Source: Naegleria gruberi (taxonomy: Eukaryota). From it: a DNA stretch of 64,000 bases. Where the stretch lies: assembly GCA_000004985.1 (NCBI GenBank), contig GG738927.1, one strand, 5' to 3'. Under the pieces are notes generated by a model. It made no database searches. It was given only the letters and a program-made list of their open reading frames with translations, and was not told where the DNA came from. Position 1 is the first letter of the stretch, and every line of letters starts with the position of its first letter. The position numbers were made by a program, and so were the translations under genes. Positions 10,074-22,582 of the stretch are shown here, piece after piece.

Positions 10074-11862
10074 ATGCAACAAGATTCAAGTAGTAACAGT
10101 TCTAATGATGAGAATAAATCTCCTCCACCAACATCATCATCAGCATTTGTCACATCATCATCAGAAGCTGGATTGGAGGCTAATTTATCACCAATTTCTT
10201 GTATTTGCTGTAGAAAGGCCCACAAACGTTGCGATCGAAAGTTTCCCTCATGTTCGAAATGCATTCAGAGAGGAGTTGATTGTTTTGTAGGTTTAATTTA
10301 AATTGTATATACTGATTATAAATTAAAGTATAATGAACCTAAAAAGAGAGGAAAAGCCTCGGAAACCTACAGACAAAAGAAGAGAATTAAACAAGATGGA
10401 ACTGAATTAAAGCAAATTGTTCATTACTATTACTCGTACATGGCAGGTGGTTATCCAATTATTGTCAAGGCAAAATTAGAATACTTTATAGATGAATATT
10501 TGACACAAATTGAAAATAATGATGAATTTACAGTTGAAAAGAATCAATATATTACCAGCGAGCAAGAATTGAATGCAATTTATTCATTCTTCTTGGCAAT
10601 CAAGGGTATTTATTTTCAATTGAATGCCAATTTACCAAAAGCATCTGAAACAATTAGTATGTGTGAAGAGTATTTGGGGAAATTGTTGACCAAATCAATG
10701 CAGTTCTACATTTATGCTGCATGTCAAATGGTGGCAGTTTATTATAGTGGAGCAGGGGATCTTTCAAAAGTGAGATTCTATGACACGATGGTGAATTATT
10801 ATTTGAATGGAAATGAGAAAACAGTTTTTGACAAGTATGAGGAGAATATGAGGAAGAGAATGACATGCCTTTCAAAATCATCAACTGATTTCTTGGATGA
10901 ATACTCTGGATTCTTTAAAAAGATGCCAACCTTTTTCGAACATTCAGTTGCCCGTAAGCTTCAGGATTTGTTACTTCCTGGAACTCTTGAATATTTACAG
11001 GTAGCTCCAAAAACATTAGAAGGTTATGCATTCTTCAAAAAGGTCACAGAATTTACATACAGAGTTATGGGGCAATATCATAACGATATTATTAAGGAAA
11101 TGAAGGATTGCCATACGAACGATTTTTTCAAATTCGAACAAGTGCACAAAACTATTATGTATTTTGGATTTCACCTGTACTATCTGAATGCAATACCCTA
11201 TATAACACCTCAACTTGAAGAAGTAGCTCTCAAAATAACAGTTTCCACTGAAAGTGAATATTTCAAGTAAGTTTAGTTGATTTGCAAATAATTTAACTCT
11301 CAAAAGCTACGCCATTCCAGAGGTGCTTATTTCAGTGAAAGGTGCAGCTCAAGTTCATTTAGACATTTGTAAAGAAATAGAGTCTGGAAAGAGACAAAAC
11401 AATTCTACACTTCAAACAGATGGAAAAATACTAACTTTGGATTATTATTCGGTGCTGGAAAAGGATGTCAATGCTCTTACATCGTTACAGAAAAAGTACC
11501 CAAACAGAGTGGCTGATCTGTGTGAAGATTTACTGGCAAACATGAGAAATTTATTAAGAGCTCACAATGAAAGACTGATAAGATTTTCCACACAGTTCAT
11601 TGAAGAAAATGATTTGGAACCAATTGCCAATAATGAACATTGTAACAGTGATTGTTATAGTGATCAATCCAATGATTTGACACGTTCAGATGAGACGGTT
11701 AATTGTACTGAAGGACCAGCAAAGTGGAATTCTCTCATTCACTATTTGGAAGCTATTGATGGAGAATTAGGCAATGTATCAGGCAATAACAGTACCACCG
11801 AAAATACAGATTTCATACCATCAAATGATAATGAGCTAGACCTTGATCAGTTCATAATTTAA
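10074..11862 (+). CDS. Zn(II)2Cys6 binuclear-cluster transcription factor, paralogue A; 3 exons join(10074..10286,10329..11266,11307..11862), 568 aa
   Basis: Exon 1 encodes CICCRKAHKRCDRKFPSCSKCIQRGVDC, which is CX2CX6CX6CX2CX6C. Donor GTAGGT at 10287 and acceptor AAAG|TATAATGAACCTAAAAAGAGAGGAAAAGCC at 10329. Exon 2 ends ...EYFK with GTAAGT donor in phase 2, and exon 3 starts at 11307 (YAIPEV...). Exon phases and total length (1707 nt) are consistent. Exon-intron positions are identical to paralogues B and C. Confidence 0.75.
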
Positions 11863-12105
11863 ATTTCTGAAGAACTTTATACTTCCTTAGCGGACGTAAA
11901 AACAACAATTTAGCAAAGATATGTGTGGAATGAATTACCCTTATAACCTCCTTAGTACTGTAGAGTTCTGCAACATTTAATAAAAAATTTCCACTTTCGC
12001 TTGGAAACCGGTTATTGATTTCATTTAAGCTATTCACACGTATAATAATAATCAAACCACAATCGAATTAAATAGCCACAGTTCCCGCCACAAATCCAAA
12101 AAAAA

Positions 12106-13251
12106 ATGACAGAACCAGCAGCCAAGAAGATGAAGATCACACCACAACAAGAACATTCCATCAACTCCATTCCAGATGATGTGTTTAGTCACAAGATTTT
12201 CCCATTCCTCTCCGGAAATGATTTATTTAACAATCAAAGATTGGTTTGTTCATCATGGAATAATCGGGTGCTTGCTACCAGATGTTCCATTAGAGTTTGT
12301 TTGACTGATGAAGAATCTATCCGAAAGTTTATTGCTAGTGCAGAGGGAGGTTTATTCAAGAATGTTGTTGGTCTTGTTTTGAGAGCAGAAGGTTTTGGAT
12401 CAACATCATTTGAAAAGATTGTTAATCTTGATTGGCCATGTTTGACAGCATTGGATGTGTCAGATAATGATATTGGCAGTGCTGGTATTGAACAATTATC
12501 GAAGGGTAATATTAAAGGACTCACCTCATTGAAGATATTTAACAATAATATTGGTGAGGAGGGTGCTAAATTTGTATTGAGTGGTAATTTGAGTGGATTG
12601 ACCACATTGAATTATCAAAGTGTGGCTAGAAAGGGACAAGATAAGTTTTTTGCCATGACTGATCACTTTTGTGGAGATACTCCTTTTACTGTACATAGTT
12701 TTGATAACAGTGATGAATTCACTGAATATATCTTTAAATATTACCTTGATTATTGGAAACACTATGGAAGTGACTCATTGGATCTTGATGATTATGAACA
12801 AGAGGATGATGAAGAACCAAATGAACCAATTTTGAGAGAAAAAGTTTATGCATTGACATTTGGCAAAATTGCTGACATGGCAGTTAATGAAGTTGGTGGA
12901 ATGGTTTTCAATGAATGTGAAAGAGAGAGTATTGTTGCTACCATCTATGGACAAGAGCTTACTGCAGAACTTTTGAGTAACTCTGATGAGTCAACTCCAT
13001 TTGTTATGGATATAAAATCTTCCTGTAACCATGAAACGATACAAATTATTGGAAAGTCCAAGTTTTTGAAACATGTTGCAGAATACTTGGGTGGTGAAGA
13101 TGAGGACGAAGATGAGCAAAGTGATGAAAAACTATTCGAAAGGATTTCTCAAAAGATTGGAGAAAATATTGCTTCTGATGATGGTGACGAATGCCTTGTA
13201 GCAGTTTGCATTGGTGAAGTTATCAATTGTGAATTTGTCTTACTCAAGTAA
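12106..13251 (+). CDS. F-box-like / RNI-type leucine-rich-repeat protein, 381 aa
   Basis: N-terminal IPDDVFSHKIFPFLSGNDLFNNQRLVCSSWNNRV (F-box-like LP..V...IF..L......R.VC..W). Followed by RNI-like LRRs (LDVSDNDIGSAGIEQLSKGNIKGLTSLKIFNNNIGEEGAKFV...). Acidic C-terminal tail. Confidence 0.6.
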   Translation: MTEPAAKKMKITPQQEHSINSIPDDVFSHKIFPFLSGNDLFNNQRLVCSSWNNRVLATRCSIRVCLTDEESIRKFIASAEGGLFKNVVGLVLRAEGFGSTSFEKIVNLDWPCLTALDVSDNDIGSAGIEQLSKGNIKGLTSLKIFNNNIGEEGAKFVLSGNLSGLTTLNYQSVARKGQDKFFAMTDHFCGDTPFTVHSFDNSDEFTEYIFKYYLDYWKHYGSDSLDLDDYEQEDDEEPNEPILREKVYALTFGKIADMAVNEVGGMVFNECERESIVATIYGQELTAELLSNSDESTPFVMDIKSSCNHETIQIIGKSKFLKHVAEYLGGEDEDEDEQSDEKLFERISQKIGENIASDDGDECLVAVCIGEVINCEFVLLK

Positions 13252-13287
13252 GAATCTAATAAATAATAATATCATTTATTGAACTAA

Positions 13288-14022
13288 TTACCACTGAATG
13301 ACTTCTGGATTTTCTGCTTGACCTTCCAAATTGAAAAAACCACCAGTGACACCATCATCCTTAATAAGTGCCATCCTGACAATAACTTTAGCACCTTCTT
13401 GTGGAGTCTTTGTTCCCTGATAACCATTTAATTCAGTGGCACAATAGCCAGGACAAGTGGCATTTACCTTAATGTTAAATTCTGCAAATTTTTGAGAGTA
13501 GATTATGGTTAACATGTTGAGAGCAGATTTGGTAATTGTATAAGTAGTGTACAATTTTTGAGGAGAGTTTGGTAATTGGGCAACTGCTAATGATCCAAGA
13601 GTTGATGAAACATTGACAATTCTTGGATGTTTGGATTGTTCCAGTAATTCCTTGAATTCATCCATAATGATAGCAACAGCAGCAACATTGACTGAATAAA
13701 TATCAAGATATGAATCTCTAAGAGATGGATCCTTCTTTGGTGATGAAGCAACAGCAGCATTATTAATCAAAATATCAATCTTTCCATATTTTTCCTTAAT
13801 TGTCTTTTTCAAATCAAAAATTGATTGATCTGATGCAAGATCAAGAGGTAAATATTCATAAGAGATTCCTTCTTCCTTCAATTGTGTAAATGCTTGTTCA
13901 TTTGGAGATCTAGCAGTTACAATAATATGAATTGACTCATTGTAAAACTTTTCCTTTCCCAATTGAAGAGCAACTTGCAAACCAATTCCTTTAGTACCTC
14001 CAGTGACTAATGCAATAACCAT
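13288..14022 (-). CDS. Short-chain dehydrogenase/reductase (classical SDR, carbonyl-reductase-like), about 244 aa
   Basis: MVIALVTGGTKGIGLQVALQL (TGxxxGxG Rossmann motif), NNAAV, catalytic YxxxK (YTITK). ORF begins upstream at 14070, but the Rossmann fold starts right after the internal Met at 14022. Confidence 0.75.
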   Translation of the reverse strand: MVIALVTGGTKGIGLQVALQLGKEKFYNESIHIIVTARSPNEQAFTQLKEEGISYEYLPLDLASDQSIFDLKKTIKEKYGKIDILINNAAVASSPKKDPSLRDSYLDIYSVNVAAVAIIMDEFKELLEQSKHPRIVNVSSTLGSLAVAQLPNSPQKLYTTYTITKSALNMLTIIYSQKFAEFNIKVNATCPGYCATELNGYQGTKTPQEGAKVIVRMALIKDDGVTGGFFNLEGQAENPEVIQW

Positions 14023-14492
14023 TTTTTTCAATTTTCTTTTTGTTCTTTTTGTTTTTATGAAACTAATCAAATTCTGACTTTCGTTTTATTTATACATGAA
14101 ATTTGTCCTTGTTGAATAGGATAAATTGATGCGCAAGCATTTTTTGGTTGTAAACTATATTATGTGCGCTTTGATGATAAAATTGAATGGATAATCAAAA
14201 CTGTAGTTGTTAGTTTTGTTTTGTTTACAAAAACTCAATTAGTTTCAGGTATTTCTAGTGAAATATTCAAGTTAAAAAACATGACAACAAAAAGTTGGCT
14301 CCTCCCAAATGGAGAATTAAACTAAATAAGCTCCACTAACTAAAACAGTTACCTAACCAAATACCCTCCCATCATTCACTTAAAAACCAACTTTTGCTTC
14401 ACCTTTCCTCTGTCCACAACCAAAACTTCAACTCGACCTCAAAATCTGTCAAGAAAACATTGACTTAAGAATCCCTCAATTTTACAAAAAAA

Positions 14493-16271
14493 ATGTCCTC
14501 AAGCACAACTTCATCCTCAGAGCAGTTATTACCACCATCAACATCATCTTTGACATCAACATCAGCAACAACAACATCATTATCCACAATCAGTTGTGAA
14601 TCTTGTCGACATTCCCATAAGAAATGCGATAGACAACTTCCTTCGTGTACTAAATGTTCAAAGAAGGGAATTGAATGTAATGTAAGCTTTGAAATAATAA
14701 TTAGCATATTCGAATATATATTTAATAAAAGTATTCGGAGCCTAAAAAGAGAGGAAAAGCCTCAGATGCCTATAAAAAGAATAAGAAACAAAAAACTGAT
14801 TTTCCTCATCAGAATCAAATTGCACAATCATCACATGAAGATTTAATTCAACAAGTGAGTGAATTTTACTTTACATTTGTGTGTTCGGGATATCCTGTGC
14901 TTGATAAGACGAAATTGGAATATTTCACGAATGAATATTTGACCAAGTTTGAGAATGGAGAACATGTTGAATTGATTGCTAATGATTTTATTCATTCAGA
15001 GGAGGAATTACAATTGCTCTATGTTTTATTCTTGTCAATGAAGGCAATTTATTATCAATTTCATTATGAATTGGATATTGCTGAAGAAATTATGAAGAAA
15101 TGTGAAAAGTTGCTGGGACAATATTTAACACAATCATTCAATTTCTATATTTATGCATCTTGTCAGTTGGTTGCTGTTTATTATAGTGGTATTGGTGATT
15201 TGTCAAGGCTTAAATTTTATGAAACTTTGGTGAATTTTTATTTAAATCATTTGACAGGAAATACTTTTGACTTGTATGAAAAGAATTTGGAAAGAAGAGC
15301 TGCTTTTGTTTCTGGTATCACTAATGATATGGCAACTGATGGTGTTTCATCATTTATTGAAAGAGTTCCAAAGATTTTCCAAGTCACAGTGGATCAAAAG
15401 CTAGACAATATTTTACTTCCTGGAACTTTGGAGTATATTCGTACAGCACCTGCCACTACTCAAAACTATGCCTTCTTCAGACAGGTGTTAGAGTTTGTGT
15501 TTAAAGTAATTGGTCAATTCAGAGCTGAATATTGTTCCAGGTTGACATTTTGCAACACAGAAACAGCATTGAAATTTGCACAAGTTAATAGACATTTGAT
15601 TTATTGTGGATTTCATATGCAATATCTCACAAGAATGCCAAGTATGGCAAATGAATTGGAAGAATTGGCTCTCAAAGTTTCTTGCATTACAGAATCCGAA
15701 TACTTCAGGTTAGTTTCAATAATCAATATATATATCTCACAGTTGAATCAGGTATTGCTCTGCTGAAATGATTGGTTGTGTAAAAACAGCTGCTGAAATA
15801 CATTTGCGTATCTGTAAACAAATTGAGAATGGAAGCAGAAGAAATAATGCACCTCTCATAACAACAACAGGAAAATCATTGAATATTGATTATTACGCGA
15901 TATTGGAAAAGGATTTGAATGCACTTACATGTATGGAAAAGAAATTCAAACGAGTTAGTATGGTGTGTGGAACTTTAATTCAGGAAATTAGAATTACATT
16001 ACAAAATCATTACAATATGCAAGTCAATACTTTAAATCTTGCCACTGCACAAGCTCTTCGATTACCTACCATCATTGCCCAACAACAGCAACATCAACAA
16101 CATCAGCAGCAACACACCTCTCCACAAAGTTCGCACGAGGGTGATGATAAATGGATGTCCCTTATTAAATATTTGGAAGCAATTAAGGAGAGAATTGGAA
16201 ATCAACCTTCTGAAGAACCAGAAGAGACCGATGATGATGCCTTCTTAGATTTTGATTCACTTACCAATTAG
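14493..16271 (+). CDS. Zn(II)2Cys6 binuclear-cluster transcription factor, paralogue B; join(14493..14681,14732..15708,15752..16271), 561 aa
   Basis: Exon 1 has CESCRHSHKKCDRQLPSCTKCSKKGIEC (CX2CX6CX6CX2CX6C). Donor GTAAGC at 14682. Acceptor before TATTCGGAGCCTAAAAAGAGAGGAAAAGCC at 14732. Exon 2 ends TACTTCAG|GTTAGT. Exon 3 starts at 15752. Lengths sum to 1686 nt, in frame. C-terminal WMSLIKYLEAI motif is shared with A and C. Confidence 0.75.
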
Positions 16272-16293
16272 AGAATTCAATATTAAATTATAT

Positions 16294-17844
16294 TTATTTC
16301 TTAAGAACTTGTAAAAGAGATTCGAATACTTTTTCATCAAGAACAATTCCAATGTGAGAAGTGTTGAAAAACCTATGTTGATACACGGCATGTTTTTGAT
16401 ATTTTGCAAACTCATCACAAATTTGGAGAGAATAGGCAGGAACTGTTCCATCCCCATCTTCAATATTTAACACTTTCATTCCTTTCCACAAGTCATCAAA
16501 GTCCAAATCATGCAACTCCTTAGAACCCGAATATTCCATATGAGTAATAGTATGAACACCATAACCATAAAAGCAGTGAGTGGTTACATTTGGAGCGGCA
16601 ATCTTGTTATTGGAATAGGCAGAAAATTCATGATTGTAAATGTTAATGCCATTTGCAATTTGGGCATCTGAAAAGTATCTTTCAATATCTGGAAGATTAA
16701 TTCTATAACTTGGTCCAGACACATTATTTCTATTATAGGTAAAGAATGGGTAATTGTAAGGGAAATAATTTGGTGACATGAACAATGGAGAAGCATATTG
16801 GCGAACAATTTTTCTAGCATTAGAGAGCTCAAAGGTTGGAATTCCCCAATTTGTACCAGTTACATATAAAATCTGAATTGAATGTGAAAATTATTGTAAA
16901 GAATATTGTAACAAATCAATTGAAAAACTTACCAAAGCAAGTGGAGAACCATCAAAAGCACCTGCCATTGGAATGAAATTATCAATGAATTTCTCCTTCC
17001 ATGGTTGATCCACAAAAGTAGCCAAAAAGTATTGCAAGAATGGACCACCCATCGAATGTCCCAAAAGTGAAACTTTCTTATTTCCATTAATCTTGTAAGT
17101 GTCTTCAACTAATTCTTTCAAATTAAAGAAATCACCGCCAATAGAATTGTTTCTACTGGCCCATTCTCTCACACCCAATCTCCAATCCATTGTTAACCCT
17201 CTCAAACTCTTTCCAATTTGATAATTTCCATTCTGTACCAAATAATCAGATAAACTCTTCATGTAATAAGCCTTACTTTCGAATTGTGCTAAAACTGATT
17301 CTAAACCACCCATTCCACCAATATCCTTTCCAAAAATCTTTACACCTTGATCTTTTTGTCTCAATAAACCATCTTTCAATTCAATAGACATGTCATGAAC
17401 GAAACAATCTTCAGTAAAGTATGGAACTAGCTCTTCCAAAGAAATCCAAATTTGGAATGGATCAGTTGACTTTTCACACCACCAATGAGGCTCCTTCACA
17501 GCATTATTTCTCTGAGACATGAGTGCTGAACCACCCAATCCTCCCACAATAATCAATGGTGAGAAATTTCCATTCACATCTGCACCTTTCATCTTGCCTG
17601 AAATTCTTGATGACTTTACAGCTGACTTTTGAGCAATGAATTTCTCATCTTGATACATGGAAAACAATTGACCAATCTCTACATTATCTCTCTTAACCAA
17701 TTTTCGAAGATTTTCTTCCTTGATCGGAATGGAAAATCTTCCCATCATTTTGTTATTCATTGCTTGATGACTTTTGACCATCATTACCATGAACATGATG
17801 CAAATGGACAATACACAACAATAACCAATCCTCACACCTTGCAT
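16294..17844 (-). CDS. LCAT-family (lecithin:cholesterol acyltransferase / PDAT-like) lipase-acyltransferase; complement(join(16294..16872,16933..17844)), about 496 aa
   Basis: GHSMGG nucleophile elbow (LLGHSMGGPFLQYF). Downstream DGDGTV and His-containing C-terminal exon typical of the LCAT family (PF02450). Intron has GTAAGT donor and CAG acceptor, 60 nt, phase 0. Likely start MQGVRIGYCCVLSICIMFMVMMV gives an N-terminal membrane anchor. The upstream in-frame ORF extension to 18225 overlaps the neighbouring UGT 3' end and is probably not coding. Confidence 0.7.
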
Positions 17845-18107
17845 GTTGCTAATTTTCCTGTTATTAGTATTGTGTGTAGTGAACAACGGAGTGTCACGAT
17901 TTACTTCTATTTTTTTCTTGGATGATAATTGGAAGGAAGGACAGCAAATTGTTGGTTGATTTGAAAGTGGAAACCCGATGGAAGGACGATTGATCCATCC
18001 GGATAATGAGGAGTCTGTTTTAGTGAAACTCCCAACTGAAATCAATGACCATTCTTGGAAGATGATTAAGCATGATGATTTTGTTAAACATTTTAAGATT
18101 TTGTTTA

Positions 18108-19841
18108 TTATTCGTTCTTTTGCTTTGATTTTGAATAGCAGCAAATGAGTTTTGACATTTTGATAGTGAAATAAATGATAATACCATAGAATAGAATGAT
18201 ATCCAGACAATAGAATTGCCACCATGTCAAGTGCTTATCTGCAACTCCCCATGATAAATCACCATCCACTTCAGAGACTAATTCCACAATCTCAGCAGCT
18301 CTGCTCACTCCTCCAGATCTTCTTGTCAGTGCCTTAGCATGTCTAGCGGCTGTTTTGTACTTGTCACTTGTCTGTTCATCATATAAAAGCTCATGAACTG
18401 CCTTTGAGATGCTATTGATATTCCAATCTGAGGATTCCTTCTTTGAATGGTAAATGGAACGACCCACTTTGAATTCCTCAATGGCATGTGAAACTCTCAT
18501 TTGATCATAGGCAAATGGGAATCCAATTAGTAATTTTCCAAAATAGAGAGCTTCATTGACACTATTAGCTCCGCAATGTGTGAAGAAAATCTTGACCTTT
18601 TCCAAAGATAGTAATCCCTTTTGAGGAACGAATCCTTTCAATATTTTGAATCTCTTTGAATTAGTTTTGAACAAATCATGGAATGAAAGTCTTTCAAATA
18701 TTTCCATATTGAGATTTCCAAGTGCCATCAAGATTGAAATTCTTGGATTTTCATTTAAGGTAATTTGAAGTCCTTCCAATAACTTTTTCATTCCATTTTC
18801 ATCCAAAACCATTGTAGATCCGAGAACCATTAACATGATATCTTCCTGCTCATCAATCCAATTGAAAAGATCTCCCATTCCAGAACTCGAATCATTGGAA
18901 TGAGCTAATTTTCTTAGAGTTTCAATTTCATCATTAATTTGTTTCTCATTCATGAATGGACCCACAAGATGAGCATTGAAATATTGAGTATTTCCAGAGG
19001 CAAATTCAAATCCATAACTGGAAGTTTGAATTAGGGCACATTGGCTATCACTTGCAATGATTTCATTCATCTCAAAATATTCACCCAAATTTTCCATGAA
19101 TGCTTTGGCATAGAATACATCCTGAATGGCAACGAATGGCATATAGAAACGATTAGGATATTTAGTGAAATAATCCAATGAATTGGCAATGATTCCAGGA
19201 TAGTGCAACATGAATTGTCTGAAAAAGGCAGTGAAAATTTTCGTACATGGAATTTTGCTTCCTGCAATGATGGATTGAATGGAAATTAAGGTAAAATCAA
19301 TAACTGCTTGGTCAAATAAGGTCTGTGAAGGATCATTTCTAATTCTCAAATATCTCTTAATTCCAGGTTTTGCAATTTTTGATAATTTTTGTAAACGTTC
19401 CTCAAATGAAATGACATTTTCAATTTCTCCGCTTTCCTTCCAAACTTCCACAATTTCCAATTTTGAAATCATTAATCGTTCATAGGGAATCATCATTCTA
19501 TCAAATGTAAACTTGAATTGATCCAAAATATCCATATCAATCATTTTACTCATTTCTCTATGAAATTCTTCAAAATCCTCAACTTGAGTAAAGAAAACAT
19601 CCTTAGATTCCATTAAAGAAACATGAATCTTTCTCTCTGACTCCGAAATATTCAGTTTTGAATGCCATTTCTTCATTCTTGAATCTGATAACAATCCCAT
19701 TTTGGAATTCAATATTGTAATGTTTGAAATTGTCAATGATTGAGAAAGTTTTTCAACTAATTCAACCTTTGGTCGGATGTGACCGGGAAATGGATGAGAT
19801 AGAATCAATATATTCTTATTATTCATCATTATTTCTATCAA
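18108..19841 (-). CDS. Family 1 UDP-glycosyltransferase (UGT) with C-terminal transmembrane segment, 577 aa
   Basis: N-terminal ILILSHPFPGHIRP (GT1 N-domain motif). C-terminal donor-binding signature FVPQKGLLSLEKVKIFFTHCGANSVNEALYFGKLLIGFPFAYDQMRVSHAIEE (W/F-PQ...L.H.....FVTHCG.NS..E....G.P.....P...DQ..NA pattern). Hydrophobic tail WWQFYCLDIILFYGIIIYFTI. Confidence 0.75.
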   Translation of the reverse strand: MIEIMMNNKNILILSHPFPGHIRPKVELVEKLSQSLTISNITILNSKMGLLSDSRMKKWHSKLNISESERKIHVSLMESKDVFFTQVEDFEEFHREMSKMIDMDILDQFKFTFDRMMIPYERLMISKLEIVEVWKESGEIENVISFEERLQKLSKIAKPGIKRYLRIRNDPSQTLFDQAVIDFTLISIQSIIAGSKIPCTKIFTAFFRQFMLHYPGIIANSLDYFTKYPNRFYMPFVAIQDVFYAKAFMENLGEYFEMNEIIASDSQCALIQTSSYGFEFASGNTQYFNAHLVGPFMNEKQINDEIETLRKLAHSNDSSSGMGDLFNWIDEQEDIMLMVLGSTMVLDENGMKKLLEGLQITLNENPRISILMALGNLNMEIFERLSFHDLFKTNSKRFKILKGFVPQKGLLSLEKVKIFFTHCGANSVNEALYFGKLLIGFPFAYDQMRVSHAIEEFKVGRSIYHSKKESSDWNINSISKAVHELLYDEQTSDKYKTAARHAKALTRRSGGVSRAAEIVELVSEVDGDLSWGVADKHLTWWQFYCLDIILFYGIIIYFTIKMSKLICCYSKSKQKNE

Positions 19842-20904
19842 ATATTTATTAATATTTAATAAATATTAAATTAATACTATTTACCATTCTTGCAATTTAT
19901 ATGTGAAATTAAAGCTAATAGCAAAAGGAATGTAATAAGCATTCCGATTGCTTTCGTAGGTAAATTATAGGTCCTCATGTAATGCTATTTTTTTGAAAAT
20001 TTCTTTTTGATTGAAAACGAGAACCAACAATAACTATTCAATACCATGTCGTTCAATTACTAGAAATGGAATAATTGAGAAATGTGAGATTAATCCACCA
20101 TTTGAATTTAGGTTTCATGTCCATTAAGAAATGAGAAGGATGTGGACTATATATCTGGTTTCTTAGTAATAACCAAGATATGCATTGGGATGTGAACTAT
20201 TGACTGATTTCTGCATATGTGTCTACACATTTCTACACATGCATCAGTTGATCATGATTTTTTTTTTGAATACATTCTTCAAATTACAACAGGTAGCATC
20301 CATGCACATGTGCAGATGTTTCTTCACTCCACTTGAAACATGTTGTTTTGAATGTTGAAAAGCAATGCAGCAACAACGTACTACTGATTGAAAACAACAC
20401 TCACCGTATGAATAACCTCCAATGATACATATGAAAATTGATACAACAACCGTAATAATCAAATACTGTTCCTTATGGACATTACTGTCGATCAAAACAA
20501 CACCTTATTCAAATCCAATTAAATATTGAAAGCTATTCTTATTCAAAAGCAAATGAATGATCAAGACAACACACTTCAATAAATTGGCACTTTATAAATG
20601 GTTGACCTTAATTGTGAGATACTGCTTTCCTTTCTGAGTAAACGAGTGCAAAACTCTTTAAAAAACACATGTGTTTATTTGTTCTTTCAGAGCGTGAGAA
20701 AATAGCATGTTTGTAACATGAGATGTGGAATGACATCATGTGAATGTGTAGACATTACTGGTTGTGTTTAATTTAACTTTCACATGATGTCATTCCAAAA
20801 CACATTCCAAATGCCTCTGGATTCAGAAACATAGCTAAATAAAATGTTCACTAATTGATTTCATAAAGCACGTTTATTAATAAACGTGATGTCAAAGGAA
20901 TAAA

Positions 20905-22582
20905 TTAAAAGTTTTTGTTTTGAGTAAAAGTTCTAACCATTTCCAACACATTCTTTCCTTGATTCATTGGAGACATATGTCCGGCTTTGTTGACCAAAAT
21001 AGTTACCAAATTATCATATTGATGAGAGTAACCAACAATTTGACCGTCAACCTTCCATGGCTTTCTACCAAGACCCAAATCTTGATTGAAAGAACTAGCT
21101 CCATGCCAGTTCATTGATTGAATCCAATTGGTAGCTCCAACGGAATTAACTATCCAATCGTACTGACCATTATATAACAATACACGCACCTTTCTTTCTG
21201 GGCTATCAAGTAAAGCTTCAACCTTATATTTGACAGACTTGGCAATATCAGCCAAGAGATTATTCCAAACATCATTGTTTTCATCGTAATATTTGACACC
21301 TTCTGTGTGCATGAGCTTTTTGGTTTCTGGCAAGTTTACATATTGGACGTAGGCAGAAATGTCTGGATCTCCATAACTTCTAATATCGTAAACATTGACA
21401 CCACCAGCACATTGATTAATTACAAAGTCTGTGAGATTATTGTTAACATTCATAACATCGACAAATCTCTTTTCCTTGATAAGTTTAACAATTTGATCTT
21501 GATAATTCTTAACAACTGCTCTTTGAGGTCCATCAATCAAACCAGTGGCAAAAGAATAAGTATCATAACTGGCAAATTGAATTTCTGGATCAGTTAAACC
21601 ATCCTAAAATTGATTTAGTTTACAAATTTGAAATAATAAAAACCTACACCAATACCAATACCGGCCAAATTGAATGGGAAACCAGAATTCATAATACTAT
21701 TTTATGAATCAATGTAAATTCCAAATTCCAATATTTATAAACTTACTTGTAAGCAATAGATGGAACTATTTCAATGTGAATAATTTAAATTTCATAAAAT
21801 ACTTACTATATTTTCCAGCATAACTTTCACCAAACAAGTACAATTCATTACCTCTATATTTTCTAGCAAAGTCCAATTGGAAGAATTTTTCCAAAAAGAT
21901 ATGCACCTCACTAGCAACTCTATCTTCACTGTGAACATAACCTGGAGATTGAACATGTGAGAAACCGCTTCCCAATGGATTATCAAGCCAAATCTTTTGA
22001 CAGTTTGGTGAATTAGCTCAAAAATATTGAAATGACATACCATGTGATAATCATAATTCCAAGTTGTTGGATTCTTGACAAGTTTCAAAGTTTTTGGATC
22101 TACAAGATATGGTCCATTTTCAACAAACAATCCAAATTCACTTCCGGCACCAGGTCCTCCTTGGAACCAAATAATAACTTTGGTCAATCAGCAAAATTTC
22201 ATCATACACATTTTGAATAATTAATTATTAAATGATCAATCACTTGTGAAAATCTAAACATACTTGGACTATCAGCCTTTCCACTCAAAGCTTCACTAAA
22301 AACATAATACATTTGTCCCTTGTATGTCGAATTTACTTCAATAAAACCACTAAATTCAAATGGATTATTATCCATATCAACCTTGACATAATCTTCAGGC
22401 GAAATCTTCATTGGAAGAGGTGCTGGAGCAAGTCTCCTCCTTCCAGCTATCTTCTTTCCTCTCAACAAATCCACAAATAAATTAGATGTTGGAGGAGCCT
22501 TTCCTTCCGAGCCTTCCAACATCATCATGAACATTAGCGCAGAAAAGCACAACAATAAAACGATCAAGTAATTGGCGCGCAT
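20905..22582 (-). CDS. Serine carboxypeptidase, peptidase family S10 (SCPL-like), multi-exon (at least 6 exons) with signal peptide
   Basis: Exon ORFs on the minus strand carry the full S10 motif set. 22582 downward: signal peptide MRANYLIVLLLCFSALMFM..., YSGFIEVNSTYKGQMYYVFSEAL. 22187 downward: WFQGGPGAGSEFGLFVENGPY. About 21975 downward: DNPLGSGFSHV...LYLFGESYAGKY (active-site Ser). Small exons IPSIAYK and IMNSGFPFNLAGIGIG|DGLTDP. Terminal exon 21540..20905 ends NKAGHMSPMNQGKNVLEMVRTF (catalytic His). Introns are 50-70 nt GTA(A/T)GT...AG. Exact exon bounds not all resolved. Confidence 0.75.

Noticed and set aside
14682-14846. Track ORF 14493..14846 reading through past the Zn2Cys6 exon (…CNVSFEIIISIFEYIFNKSIRSLKREEKPQMPIKRI…)
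   Set aside because: Read-through into a 50-nt GTAAGC...AAAAG intron. The spliced model matches the paralogues exactly. The same applies to 10287..10301 and 23238..23288 in genes A and C.
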